Assembly: GCA_001938485.1 (NCBI GenBank)
Contig: MQRK01232615.1
Coordinates: 1 to 64,000 of the forward strand
Direction: 5' to 3'
Source of the DNA: Girardia tigrina
Taxonomy: Eukaryota
Length of the DNA stretch: 64,000 nt
Shown: positions 1 through 13,511 of the stretch, in pieces
Layout of the letters: every line of letters starts with the position of its first letter
Numbering within the stretch: position 1 is the first letter of the stretch
Program-made: the position numbers and the translations under genes
Notes under the pieces: generated by a model
Told to the model about the DNA's origin: nothing
Seen by the model: only the letters and a program-made list of their open reading frames with translations
Database searches by the model: none

Positions 1-117
1 TAAAAATTAAATATTGACAATCCATCTGGTTAGGAGAGGCACAATCCCAAATCAACACACAACATTTAAACATACAAAAACTACACAAAAACATCCACAC
101 ACCAAATATTCCTCACA
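1..117. repeat. Dispersed repeat fragment (same family as 59288-59402, inside the HINE-like element at 58743-59548)
   Basis: taaaaattaaatattgacaatccatctggttaggagaggcaca...ccacacaccaaatat recurs almost identically at 59288-59402. Confidence 0.85.
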
Positions 118-299
118 GATAGAGTATTTAAAAGAATATTTTATTTTTTTCTAGTTATATTCTATAAAACAAAAAGAACGCCATTTCAAAATATATTTTA
201 TGATAATATAGTTTGATGGTTTTACCGTTATCTTTAGATTACTGTTTTTCATCTTTATTACTCCTTATATATTTGGAATGTGTTATTATGTAATCCATC

Positions 300-392
300 A
301 CATTAACCAAATCGAAAAATCTTAACAAATTGGTTGTGAGTGCAGTTTGAATATTGATTTTAGGATAACGAAATCTTATTAATAAAACAAAT
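300..392 (-). mobile_element. Penelope-like element, C-terminal end of the GIY-YIG ORF (remnant)
   Basis: LLIRFRYPKINIQTALTTNLLRFF matches LLIRTHNPKLNIQATISTNLLKVL of the PLE at 30647-31006. Confidence 0.7.
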
Positions 393-659
393 AGATGGGT
401 CGAAATGGGCTCAACAATGCCACAAACATTAGTTACTATATTTATTTTAACCGATAGAAGTAAAATAGAATTGAACTCAAGTATTAAGACGTTGATAACA
501 GGCTGGGTTACGCATTGGTATGACCACCGCGAAATGGCGCTGGTGAAGAGTCTTCGTGTCATAGGGGAGAACATATGTGGAATACCTTAAAAGAAAATAT
601 CTTTGTTATCTCGTCCATCGCGAATTCTTGGTTATTGTCAGTTTTATTCAGTGAAAATT

Positions 660-1800
660 TATTATTACATTTAAAAGAGTTAAATGGCTCTTTCAATCAT
701 CAAAGTTCGATTTGAAAATATTGTTGAGATTGCGTTGGGACGATGACTGTGTCGATTCAAAAGAACTTTCCAAACTCGTTTTCGAATTGACGGTCTCAAA
801 TGAACAATCATGTCGAAATAATATAGATAAACAATTTCAATCGTGACCACAATTGACAATCGATTCTTTATCCAAATTAACAAAATTCGAAATAACATTT
901 TGAATCCATTATTTAGAATATAAAAACAATCATCGTTCCAGGAAAGATTTCGTTTGTTAAATAAATTATGCCGAATCTGAAACAAGAAAAAAATTTGTTT
1001 ACAATCACTCAAAACAATCGATCAAAATCAAAGTACCAATTGGCCAATCACAAAAGGCCACATTTTATAATTTATTGTATTAGCGCTACGTTGTGGTTTT
1101 TAACTTTACTTTTTATTTATTTTTATAAAATTCTCTTCATTAGAAACCTTCTTTTGACAATGACTAAGGAATCAGCATTTTCATCGCAATATCTATGTTT
1201 TTTGCAATTAGGTTCTGTAAATCCCAAATTACCTAGAAACTATCTACAATCACTAAATACAGTTTTTTACCGTCATCACTAAATTTAACTTGATAAACAA
1301 ATTTCGAATGTCTCAACAGAACCATTTAAATCTCATAACTGTTCGAATAAAACGAAAAGTGTATTTTCTCTTCTCTATCGGCAGTCGCTATTAATTTTTT
1401 AGACGGATATATGTCGAAATTATGGAGCACTGAAACTTGTCCAAGTATAACGGATCTCAATTCCTCGACTTCATCATGAGTCTCGAATTCCAAAGCCAGT
1501 CGAAAAAACATTTGCAATTAAAATGTAATGATTATCTTTGCTGAATTTAATAGACGAACATCAACGCTCAATAAAACTTTGGCGAATTAAAATCCATTCA
1601 TATTCAATTTTGTTGTACGAATATTACCCTTTGTAATCGTCAGAAATACAGATGTAATTGTTACCGTGTGACACTGATCCAGCGACAACGTGTCCCTGCT
1701 TATCGTCAGTTTCTGGGTGATCTATGTGAATAATTCATGAAGCTTTCGATTTTGTCGTAAATTTGGAATTGTGATTTTTGGAACGTTAATAAAGTCAAAA
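660..1800 (-). pseudogene. WDR4: WDR4/Trm82-like WD40 protein pseudogene (tRNA m7G methyltransferase non-catalytic subunit)
   Basis: Manual translation gives ...YICISDDYKG*...ER*CSSIKFSKDNHYILIA / VILGQVSVLHNFDIYPSKKLIATADREEKIHFS...SYEI*MVLLRHSKFVYQVKFSDDGKKL...VIWDL and a C-terminal IFKSNFDD*KSHL. These are collinear with WDR4 motifs (TDDSK, RRCTALTF, LGHLSML, TADRDEKIRVS, LGHTEFV, LYKATFDN). Multiple stops and frameshifts. Confidence 0.8.
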
Positions 1801-1802
1801 AT

Positions 1803-1869
1803 AATTAAATCACATCGTGTTTACAAAGTACCATTTTGTTTTCAAAACTGAAACTTGTTTGAGTAAGAT
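1803..1869 (-). repeat. ~67-bp duplicate of part of the hAT transposase at 3445-3511
   Basis: tcacatcgtgtttacaaagtaccatttt.ttttcaaaactgaaacttgtttgagtaagat is present at both positions. Confidence 0.85.
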
Positions 1870-3159
1870 TTATTTGACTCGAGCATGATAACTTCAGAAA
1901 ATACGTATTATTTAAAGAAAGATTAATTTGCTATTTTAATTATTAATACACGGTGTCTCACAGGGCACTCAAAGGCTAATTTTGCATATTATAATGGTGC
2001 ATTGTGTCTAGATAAGGTTTATCAAAGAGAGAATTGAATTCGGATATAACATAAATGTAATTTTGACGCAAAAAAGTTTTTGCAAAAATGTCGTAGTTTT
2101 GGGTCGAATAAGGTGTCATTGTAAAGATAATTAAAAGACAAAAAAATTCTTTCAAGAAAAATTACCGATTTGTTATGTAAAAAGTTAAAAAATTCAAATT
2201 AAAAAAATAGAAAATTTTATTAATTAACTAGTAAATCAATAAATTATTTTTTTACATCCATTCTTTATGCATACAGAACTCTACTTTGCTAACAAAGTTT
2301 TTAAAATTTAAAAAAAATTAATTAAAAAAACAGATTAAAAATAAATCTGAATCTTGCAAGCATAAAAAATTTATAAATTCTAATGGTTTTAATTTGGTTA
2401 ATAAAGTGTATTCTAAACTGTTTTAAAATTAGTCCTTCAAAACCTCCATTTTTTAAACAGCCTACTTACATTCATTCATAGTAAAATATATCATATGGAA
2501 CAAAATAATAATTTAAATGATTGAATTATCAATTTAATTATTTAAAATTTTTAATTAAAAATTTCTTGCATTTTTTAATTTTTCTATATACAAATTAATT
2601 TTCAAAATAAAAAATTAAATTTTTATCTTCTTTGGAAAATAAAAAATTAAAATTCACAAGAAAAATATTATTTAAAAAATATATTTAATTCACGATAAAA
2701 AATCAGAAAAAAATACATTAAATTCTTTCATAAATTGTATTTTTTTTAAATTTTATTTTTTCGTTAAAAAAGATTTAAGGAATAAAATATTTTTTGAATA
2801 TTATAAAATATTAAGTTAGCATTTTATTTAGCTGAAATATTTATCAAATTTTAACCAGACCTAAAATAAATAAAAAATTAAACGTAAAATCATCAAATAT
2901 TTCGATTGCGAAATTAAGATAAATATTTGATAAATTAAAATTAGTTTTTATTTTAGATTTGTGTAGTGAAAATAAAACAAAATATTGTTTATTTTAATTT
3001 TAAAAATCATTAATCGTTTTTTTGTCTTCCTTATTTATCGTAAATATTTTTTTTGGATCCAGAATAGACTTTAGCAATTTTTAATATTAAAAAACTATTA
3101 ATTAATTTTTATGAAAAATAATATTATTTAACAGATAAATTCTTGGCTCATTATATCAA

Positions 3160-4435
3160 TTTAAAATGGATTCACAAGTAAATCAACATAATATCTTAAA
3201 TTGTTTAAATCGTCAAACCTTAGTTGGAAGTGGTCTATCAATTTGTGTTATCTGCATTTATATTCTTCAAGCTTTGCATCTTCACTTTCTGAGTACTTAC
3301 TTTTCAACCGAATTTTTTTCTGAATTGTATAATCGTCAAATCGCGTGTGTAGAAAAACTAGAATCAAATACAGAAATTATGAAGACCAGCAAACTATATT
3401 TTGAAATATTCACAAAACTGACAAATTACCAATTTAAACAAAAATAATTACATCACATCGTGTTTACAAAGTACCATTTTATTTTCAAAACTGAAACTTG
3501 TTTGAGTAAGATCAACAATAGTTTTCTGAATACCTTGTAACTGCAACTTGAGAAATTTTTTCAATGCTCCATTACGTCAGTTATAAATATTAAATCTTTT
3601 AACTAAGAATCGTCTTACAATTGAGCATAATACTTTCCCTTTTCTTTAAGAAAATTAGTTCTAGGGCCTATTAAATTAACAAAATGGCATAAGTCATTGT
3701 AAGATGATAACGATCTTATCAGGCAATAAGAATGTAAGTCATTGTGATGATCTTCGTCATCGATCTCTTATTGAAAAATTTTGAACTGTCGATGGTTTTT
3801 TGCATTTATTCGAATATGATTGACTATTTTCAATACATTTTCTGTAACCTTTTCATATTTAAAGAATTTAGCAATAAGTCTTTCGCGATGAACAATGCAA
3901 TGAATAGGTAGAAAATCTGGAGTTTAAGGATCGCTTTTCAAAAGAAACACAATACAAACATTTTTATTTAACATTGCTGGCGCTCCATCGGTTGTCACTC
4001 TTACCAATTTTTTTATCGGAATACCGGTCTTCAATATTTTTAAATCTAGTGCATTTTTGAGATCGATCACGCAAATTGCATCTTTAAGTTTTACTTGATC
4101 TAGCAATTGACTTTAACAACTGCAGAAATATATCGAATAAATACCGCCAATTCTGAAATATCTCGAATATCCGTAGATTCATCAAGAGTTAAACTGTATC
4201 CTACACCATCTTTTACATTTCTTATCAACTGTTCTTGACAATCCTTTCTGATTTTTGTAATACGTCACTCAGTTGTACGAGGTGAAATTGGAATTTGTAA
4301 AATTAACTGAAGTAGTTTGCTATTTGTGGAATCTAAAATCCTAATAACTTTCTTAATATTCTTCTTAATAAAATCGTTATCTGTATATTGACGTTTAGCT
4401 CGAGCAATATTCCACGTTATTTGAAAAGCTTTAAG
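3160..4435 (-). mobile_element. Decayed hAT transposase (SPIN/Buster, GTF2IRD2/EPM2AIP1-like)
   Basis: Motifs YSLTLDESTDI, VTTDGAPAM, IHCIVHRERL, DLIFITDV, DLLVNPF across frameshifts. Confidence 0.85.
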
Positions 4436-5610
4436 AAAATTATTAATCTAGATTAAATTTACCTGCATTTAAGAATATCGAATAAACGTTCACAAGACTC
4501 AAACGCCGGGTAATTTTTATATAGATTGTAATTGTTTTATATCCTCTCCTTACCTCAATTCTAATTATTTTTTGTTTCCATGTGTGGTTCTTCTGATTTG
4601 TGCTTTTTTAAAATTTTTAATTAATAAAAGGAAAATTAATTGATGAAATATGATTTATTAATAAATGTAATTCACAAAAATATATAAATAATAAAATTTG
4701 AATTGAAATATAATCAAATAAAAATAAAATCTATAAAGAAATTATAAATAGATTACTGTTAATTTAATAAGTAGTATATTTTTATAAATCTATACATAAT
4801 TTAATTATTAGTAGTTAATATAAATATTTTTTACCTTTTATTTTCAAATTAATTAAATAATGTTTGTACGCATTTTGCATGAAAAAAAGCCTTATTTAAA
4901 ATTTTTTTCATATTTTTATAAAATTTTAGGATTATACATATAATTTAATTAGTAGTAATAAATGTAATCGCATGTAATGTAATCGCCAATAAAAGTGGTC
5001 ACTTTGAAAACTTATTTTATTGAATAATAACCCTTTAAAACTTTTTTAAATAAACTTTTTCACTTTTACTTAAAAAACATCTGGCTTTTTTTATAAAATT
5101 TAAAAAAGCACAAGTCAAAAGAACCGCACGTGGAAACAAAAAATAATTAGGATAGAGATTGTAAGTAGCGTTTATGCCACTTTCATTATTATCATATTCT
5201 TGAGCCATGATTTAACACCACAAAAATTTATTTTTAAATAAATATTTTACTTTTTTATGATTTTCTTTTCTTATATAATTTTTAATTTTTAAAATATTTA
5301 GTAAGCAAATTAACATAAAAATATTTTACCCTTTAAATAAAAAAAATAATAAATTATTCAGGTGAGACAAAAATTTAAAATTAACCCCTCATAGAGATAA
5401 TGAGAGGACATGAAACAATCTATATAAAAATTACTGGGCGTTACTTTTGGCCAACCCTGTATATATATGTATATACATTTTTTGTTTTCATAAGTAATAA
5501 TTTTTAAAATTTGTTCTTATTCGGATTCCTCTGAGATAATAACTCATTTACCAAAACTCATTTATATTTGGGATTGATAATTATCTTTTCGAAAATGAAA
5601 AGAAATTTAA

Positions 5611-6249
5611 TTAATAATTTTCAGTCAAATGAAATATTTTTGATGAAAATTCATAAAATCCTTTAATAATAATCTGAATTATTTTTATTATATTTATTGT
5701 ATAGCTAAATGCAAAATTTATATTATTATAGATGTGGTTTGTATAATGACTCTTCAAAATTATATTTTTGAAGATTGCTTTTTTCAAATACGACTCTAAA
5801 ACGTAAAATGGAAGTATATAATATTCTTTCCTAATGTGTATTTGGAAGAAGGCATTTGTTAAAGTCAAAGTCCTCTCCGTGCACATCGATTTTGGAGGGT
5901 CGCTTTGGAGATAATCTGCAGAAAGAAATGTGTTAATGCAACGCTCATTTGATTTGCATGTATCGCGGCCGATATTGTACAGAAACGATGAACAATTCCT
6001 CATCCTGATTACCGGCATCATTTCACTCAATTTTGTGATTTGGTGACCCCGGAAAATTTGCCCATTGACCGCGATGTAAAAGTTACTGAAAAATCTGCTC
6101 TTGAAGAAATTAAGAGGGTTCGTTTTGAAGTGACTGAGACATTTTTCACTTGTCGAGTTTGAATTGTCAGATAAGAATTCATTTTTGAAATGGACGACCT
6201 CTGACACATATAGAACAGAAGGAATGTTTTGAACAATCAAGGCGAACAA
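5611..6249 (-). CDS. Candidate coding exon or gene fragment of unknown function
   Basis: 212-codon stop-free frame with a higher-GC core (~5790-6245) amid AT-rich DNA; no recognised motif; starts at TTG. Confidence 0.3.
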   Translation of the reverse strand: MFALIVQNIPSVLYVSEVVHFKNEFLSDNSNSTSEKCLSHFKTNPLNFFKSRFFSNFYIAVNGQIFRGHQITKLSEMMPVIRMRNCSSFLYNIGRDTCKSNERCINTFLSADYLQSDPPKSMCTERTLTLTNAFFQIHIRKEYYILPFYVLESYLKKAIFKNIILKSHYTNHIYNNINFAFSYTINIIKIIQIIIKGFYEFSSKIFHLTENY

Positions 6250-6428
6250 AAAATATCAAAAAAATCTTTATTTTGTTTTTCAAATACACTTAGCACAAAT
6301 TACTTAATCGCGCCGGTTTTTACACGAAATTTTAATCAACAAAAGAAATAAGAAAATATTGTTCCTCGTAAATTTTTTAGGAAAAGAGTTAATTGTCATA
6401 GAAAAAAATATTTTGAGTTATGAATTCT

Positions 6429-6955
6429 GGTTGCATGACAATTGCGGAAAGACAACTGACTACATAACAATTGCGTTCATAAAAATTTATCACTTAAAAA
6501 ATAAATTATTTTATTATTATTTATTTTATTATTAAATAAACCGTAGCTCTAATTTACAACCTTAACTCTAACCCTAACCTTAAACCGTTACAAATTGAAG
6601 TCAATGAATATAACATTGAGGGGTACAAACTCAAGTATCTGAGGAGATTGGCAAATAATGTAATGAATAATTTTATCAAAACTTTTAATGAAATTAATTT
6701 TATCAATAATTTTCTATAAATGATTTAGGAATCTTTTTTATTATTTTGGATTTTTAGCTAGTTATTTTAAAAATATAATTAACTGTTAATAAAACAAAAT
6801 ATGTGAAATATTGAAATTGTATATAGGTATCATCTTTTCATTCAAAACCCTCCATAAATTAATAATCATTAATAATAATTTAATAATCTTTACACAATCG
6901 TCCCTTTCGCAATTGTTTATGTACGCAATTGTCTTTACGCAATTGTCTGGTCACC
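6429..6955. mobile_element. MULE-like non-autonomous element (MITE) with 9-bp TSD
   Basis: ATGAATTCT duplicated at 6420-6428 and 6956-6964; ~50-bp imperfect TIRs built from ACAATTGCG subrepeats; both ends start GG. Confidence 0.8.
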
Positions 6956-9286
6956 ATGAATTCTATTCTTGACCACGAACCCAACAATAATGATTTATGA
7001 AGTTATAGCTGTTTACAAAGAACATATAAGCAACCAGAAATTATAATAAAACTACATTAAGTATTATAAAAAAATATTTTGAAAGCTTTATTTGGTGGCC
7101 GGTAGTTTCGACTAACGGTCGAATCGAGTAAGGTCATGGAAGATTTGGTTATTTTATATCTTTTGCACAAATTTATGTAATTTAGATAGGGTTTTATAGC
7201 AAAAAAATGATAAAAATTGCTTTTATTTTAACTTTTCTTTAGAACAATATTTTTTTTAAAAAAAAGTTTTGATTATTTTAAGATAAAATTAAAATTTTTA
7301 AATAAATATTTAGAGACTTTATCTGGAAAATATTATTTTTTAGAAAATTTAATACTCTTTCAATTATTTATAAAACCAAATTCTTAAAAAAAGGTTATAA
7401 GATATAAAAAATTGCTATTCAAAATGAAAAAAATATTTAATGGCCAAATGTAGTCAAAGTTCGAACCCAGCCTTAATAAAAAATAAAAAAAACAAAAATG
7501 TATGACTTTTTATGATAAATTCAAAAGGATTAAAAAAAATTTTATTTTAAAGGTTCAGGCTAAAAACTGATCCAAAGGGGTTATGTTATAATTTTTATTT
7601 TTTTTTAATTTTGTGATCATTGATTTACAAAATCAACATTTTATAAAGAAAATTTGAATAAACTTTAAACACACAAATATTATTAACGACAGATGGTTTA
7701 CTGTAACCTATTCTTTTAAGTTGTTTTGAGAATACATTTTCAAACGGGTTTAGTTACTTTAAAATTTTATCTCACGAAATTTTTTTTGGTAGATATTTTT
7801 AAGGCTGATTATTTTGATAGATTTTTTGATATATTCGTTTTAACTCTGAGATTAAAACATTTCCAGATCTGATGAAAACAAAAGAAATATTTTTCTCAAA
7901 ATAATTTAAAAGAATGAATGATGTTAATTTAGGATTTATGAAATTTATAATAAAATTAAAGTGATAAAATATTATATTTAATAAATAAAAAATAATTTTA
8001 AATAATACTAAAATAATTTAAATAATAAATAATAATTAATAAATTTAAAATTTTAAACAATTTAAATTTTATTTTTTCTGTAATACATGAGAGGTAATTA
8101 AATTTTGAGCTATCGATAATTTTTTGTCATCTGAAAATAGAAACTTGGGAAAAATTGCGGCAATATTTTTAAAATCCATTCATTCAGATCCAATTGTTTT
8201 TCAAAATTAGTTTATATTTATTTTATATATTTATATATTTTATATTTTAATAAATATATTTTATATTTATTTATATATATTTACTAGTTTAATTCGACAC
8301 ATTTTTTAATTCAAGAAATTTTTTATTTCAACATATGGGGTTCATGATTAAAATCTAAAGTTATTATTCGCAAAACTTTATTTCTAACAAACAATGATTT
8401 TTTAAACAGTGAATAAAAATATAAAAATTAATAATAATAAATACATTATTGTGATAATTAAAAGTTAATTTTTAAGATTTTATTCATTGAAAATTAGGTA
8501 GTCTACGCAGGTATTTTAGTTTATCATTATCCGATGTATTTACATTGTACTCTTACACAGCCATTGCAACAGCGGTGATGCATGTTTTTTCTTTTTAACC
8601 TCTAAACGACCTGACTGAGCCTTTCCCAAAGTAAATAGTTTAATGCATAATATTTTATTTATGTATATATATGTAATTTATTTATTTATTAAGTACTCAA
8701 AGCTTTGCTACAATCAACTATTAAAGTTTTAAAATCATAATTAGTAAAAACGACCTTAGTCGAATTGACCTAAAACCCTTTATTCACATATACGGAACAC
8801 GGAAAGAAACCATGTCAAAATTCAAGATCTTATCCATTGATAAACCCACAAATGATTAGTTTCATAAAATTTATCAATAAAATAGAAGTTAAAATATAAA
8901 AAATGATATATAATCATATACTAATTTCTTCTAACTTACAAATTTTACTTACAAACCTTCATAAGAAACTATCCCAAGGATGTAATTGTCATGACAAGTT
9001 TATTTTCTGGATAAGTTTTATTTAACTCATAACAAAATTCTTTAGTCTTTCTAAAGTTTGTTTTAAGAAGAAATTATCTAACATATTGAACGCAAGGTAC
9101 GAGGCAATTCGTGCCTCACTATACGCTGTAAACAGCCACTAACAAAGAAATCAGAGTGTGGTTTAAAATCAATCGATGCATTGAGCAGCATTTATTAGAG
9201 TCGATTTCAATCAAATAGAGTCGAAACAATCAAACCTTCATAAGCAATATGGACGAGTTAGTTTAATAATATCCAATTATTTTGGA

Positions 9287-10603
9287 CTAGCTGCCAAACC
9301 CGGCTTGACAGAGGATAAAATTTTATTACATTAAAGGGAAGTATTTCAAATGTGAATAGCAATTCATGTGCTGAGTTAATTTGACGAAAGATTGTACAAA
9401 TTGCTACGTGTTTTGCTCTGATATTTTTGCGGCACTGGCAAGCGTCTCTAAAGATTCATATAAAATTGATTCAACATGGACTATCGCTACGACAATATGT
9501 TTCTTTAGACCTCTCTAACAAAACGACAATGTAAAGGGGCATCCAAAACACAACAATTTCAATAAAAGATCAAAACAATATTATATCAAAAGGATATTGA
9601 TTTAAATTTATAATGTTATTTACGAAAATAATGTTATTTTATGCTGATAACAGCTTTCTTTTAGTTACTGCCCATACGTAAAATCCAAGTAAAGAAGAAT
9701 CAGCTCGATATTGAATTCACAAATTTTTCTCTCTCGGTCAACGTCAATAACTTCCAAATATGATTGATCGTTGTCCAGTTATATGGAAGAAGGATCGATT
9801 TCAAATGGATTACCTGGGTCAATGTTGCCCCTCGACCATTAATCCTAATACTATTTGACTTACTAGGAGGAAATTATTCCTACGGAAAATTCTCGTGGGA
9901 TTGATTCTGTGAGGATTCGGATGAACGTTGGCAGTGTGTATCCGTAAAGTATCCGTTTCCAGCGACAAAGTCTTCAATTAAAGAGTTTCACACTAGGAAA
10001 AAATGATATACCTTTTGAATTGCCTTCTCTTTACGAGTAAAATGATATACAAATTGATTATCAACAGGCAACGGGATAGAAGTGATTCCCTGGACAATCG
10101 TGATAATTTAATATAACTATACAATGGTTTATCAAAGCGAGCCCGGTTTGGTACTGGGATAACCGACTCATAATGTATGTTTTTTCGGTACTACAGTTGC
10201 ATCCATGCGTCATTGCTTTGGGAATCCATATTCATAAAAATAAAAAAAAATGATAATTAATTTTCGATACCATGAAAACGGGATTGATACTAAAATAAAG
10301 TCCATAATTTAGTCACTCTAGTGGTGTATCCATCTCACCAATATTGTATATTTCTAAGGCCTCTTCAAATAATTGGAAGAAAATTGAAAAAAATAAAAAA
10401 ATAAAATTTTACTAGTTTTCGAAATTTTTATAACATTTTATTAAATTTTTATGACATTTTATTAAATTTTTATGACATTTTATTAAATTTTTATGACATA
10501 AATCATTCTGGGGATGATCAAAGTTTAGTCGAAATTGGGCTGATAGTTTTTGAGTTAATTGCGAACAAACAGACAAACAGACATTCTTCTTTATACATAT
10601 CGA
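9287..10603 (-). mobile_element. Non-autonomous Helitron
   Basis: On the minus strand: 5' A|TC... followed by a GTCTGTTTGTCTGTTTG tract; 3' hairpin GTCAAGCCGGGTTTGGC then CTAG|T; inserted between A and T with no TSD. Confidence 0.7.
10423..10499. repeat. Minisatellite, ~21-bp unit (aaatttttatgacattttatt) x ~3.5, inside the Helitron
   Basis: Direct tandem copies are visible. Confidence 0.85.
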
Positions 10604-12911
10604 TTACAGAAAATCGATCTAAATTTACAAACTATTAAAATTAAATTTGTCAAGTTAATTTTTTTATCTGTTAAACTCAGATTATTTTGATTTCTCACAC
10701 AATAATCTTTGGGTATTAAAAGATCAACATTAAAGATTTTTTAAAGTATTTGAAAATCTTTTTGGCGAATAAATATTGTCTGAAAATTGAAGAGCTAATT
10801 AGAATTTGTGACACAAATTCGGAGAATTGCTGAGAAGTCGAGGTCGGATTTTGATATTTTCAATAAGGTCTATGAAACAATAATTTGTCTAATGTCAGAC
10901 ATACATTAATCCAGTTTCACTATTATTAATAACTATTCTGTGTAATCATAAATTTATTAGTAATAATTTTAATTTTAAGACTAAAGACAAAACAGGTAAG
11001 GGTAACATACGTCAATTTGATCCATCAAACGAAGATGGTCTATGATCGTTCATTAATTGCCGAACCTCACTTCAAGACCATTATAGGTCAAGATTTTAAA
11101 AATGTGATAATATGAGACTTCATGTGGGATGATGTTCTAGAAGAGAGTGTTAGTAAGAACTTCTGAAGAAGATGACAAGAGTATTTTAGTCTAAGCAACA
11201 ATTTCTAATGGTCCACAAGATCTCTTGAAGGGTTACTTTCAACCGAAAAATAAGTCAGAAAGACTTTCCTTCGCTTATAAGAATTTACCAACCTTTAATC
11301 AAAGAACAGATCATTTAATTACAAACGATGATCAATCATTACTATAATCATTAATCATTGACCTTAGCATCTCACCGAAACTGACACAGGCTACCGATGT
11401 AAACTTGTCATTCAAACCTTTACAAGTCAGTTAAGTTTATAATAATGTTGGTAGCATTTTGATTGATGCCAAACCTTTCGATTTGTTAAAGGGTTTTTAC
11501 TTTTTATTAAATATCCAACTAGCTACCATAAAAAAGGAAATCCCAATAAAAAGAGAATGTAATTATAGTGTCTCTATATAAGTATTTGCAATTAGTTAAT
11601 TAAAAAAATCCCTACCCCTAACTAGAGTTTTACATTAAAAGAAATAATTATTAAAAATTAAGGGATAAATTATCACCATACAAAATAATAAAAGTTGCGT
11701 TTGTAGTTGATCAAGACCAAAATAAAAACCGGAAGTCCAGTTAAAATTTTAAATGATTCATTCTTTATCTTACATTTTAAAGAAAACTTACAGTTTATAT
11801 GAAAATAATTCGTAGAAAAGAGTAAAAACAGTCGACATTGAAGTTTAACAATCTCATTTACATATAATCTAAAGTCTATTAGAAACTCCGGGATATTTCT
11901 CAAATAGAACGACTTACTTTGACCTAAAAGATCTTTTCCTCTTACTTCTTCAAATAAAGAGATTCAGATCCATATTCCTTTCAAATCAAAGGTTTATTTG
12001 ACATTCGTGAGCCGCTAGTGTACTTCGTAGTTCAATTTTGATCCCAATCCTGTACTTCGTTCAATCACATTGATTATCTTACTTTTCTTTCTTTTTCGTT
12101 AAAATAAATGATTAATACTGTTGCTATCCATGTTCTGATTCTTTTTATTTTTATCAGTAATATTATCTTTTTATTTTTCTGATGTGATTATTTTACTCCT
12201 AGTTTCTCTAGTGAATCTTTCTACTAATTATTTAGAATACTCATTTCATCCATTAATTTATTTTTACTTTAATTACACTTACTAAAAGTTGCAGACAGTG
12301 TCCAACATCTAGAAATTAAACCTTTAATCATATTGTTAGGGTTTCAAAAAATACATATGAACACTTTTGATAAAATTTTATGTAGAAAAAAATTTTAAAT
12401 AATTCTTTTGGTAAAATTATTAATTTCAAATAAAATAATATTTAGTTTAACAAAACTTGGAATTAAAAATTATAAATATTTTAGTCTTTGTTTTACTTCA
12501 TCAATTTTCAAGGCTGATGAAAATTACTATATAAACAGCAGCAAATTTAGTTTTAGTTGGCCCAAAAATTCTCTCAACAAAAAAACAAAAGGAAGGAAGT
12601 AAACTCAAAATTATTTCTATTATTTATTATTCTTTTTAAAATATTATTCTTTAAACCACAAGTATCCCGTATGGGAGAAGAAGGTTTAATTTAATTTTAA
12701 ACATTCGTTCGTTTTGGAGATTCATAGTTTTTACTGTAATCTATTAACTCGTACGAAATATTGTTTTGTGTTTTGTTCTGTCATCAAGAATTTAATTATT
12801 ATTATTATTTTTGAATTGTTAATTTTTGTTATTTGAAATAAAGTTTTATAAAAGAATTTGTGTTCATTGTCTATATATTTATCTTGGAAGTCCTTTCTGA
12901 TTAATTATAGT

Positions 12912-12981
12912 CAGATTAAAGATTTCAGATTAAAGATTTCAGATTAAAGATTTCAGATTAAAGATTTCGGATTAAAGATTA
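12912..12981. repeat. Tandem repeat, 14-bp unit (cagattaaagattt) x5
   Basis: Direct tandem copies are visible. Confidence 0.9.
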
Positions 12982-13069
12982 TTGCTTATAGATTAAAGAA
13001 TAGAGATTTATGATTAAAAATTAAGATTTAAGATTTGTGTTTTAAAACTAAATAATTATATTAAAGATT

Positions 13070-13390
13070 TCTAATACCCAACAATATGTTGTTTGTATTT
13101 GGATTCATAGTAACTATAGAGCGTTGTGTATAAACCGGTATCTGTTTACTTTCTGTCAATCCCAATTTCAAGACAACCTTTTTTAATATGTCTATCAAAA
13201 TGTCTAAAAAAGGTAAACAACTATTGTTTTCATATTCGACCCTGAAATTAACATTGGTATGAAGAAAATTCATTAAATTCACTAAAAAGGTTCAACCTAT
13301 TCGTTATTATCAAACATTAAAAAATAAAATCAGCAAAGCATCTTTAAAATTATGGTTTGATGTCTTCATATGTCTATATTTTATCCTAAA
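13070..13390 (-). mobile_element. Penelope-like RT C-terminal remnant (further PLE debris likely at ~11800-12090 and ~12300-12345)
   Basis: NFLHTNVNFRVEYENNSCLPFLDILI is the typical PLE RT (H.NI.FT.E.E....LPFLD) motif. Confidence 0.75.
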
Positions 13391-13511
13391 TCTTAGAAAA
13401 AAACATTGAAGCTGCACTGATGAAAAATTTAATGACTTAACCAATTTATGTATTATTTATATCGTTCCTAATGTACTCTGTAATTATTAATCATATGTAA
13501 CCTATTTTCAG

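Noticed and set aside
660-1800. Alternative genetic code (stop-codon reassignment) to explain in-frame stops
   Set aside because: Stops are of all three types, accompany frameshifts and deletions, and the LRR exon reads cleanly in the standard code
7095-8778. Possible TIR pair (ttcgactaa.ggtcg / cgaccttagtcgaa)
   Set aside because: Short, imperfect match and no convincing TSD
11162-11200. CTGAAGA...gtc as a hammerhead ribozyme
   Set aside because: No GAAA core or stems I/III; lies in coding-like TE debris
10423-12981. Short tandem arrays as a possible CRISPR
   Set aside because: Head-to-tail units without unique spacers; eukaryotic context; no cas genes
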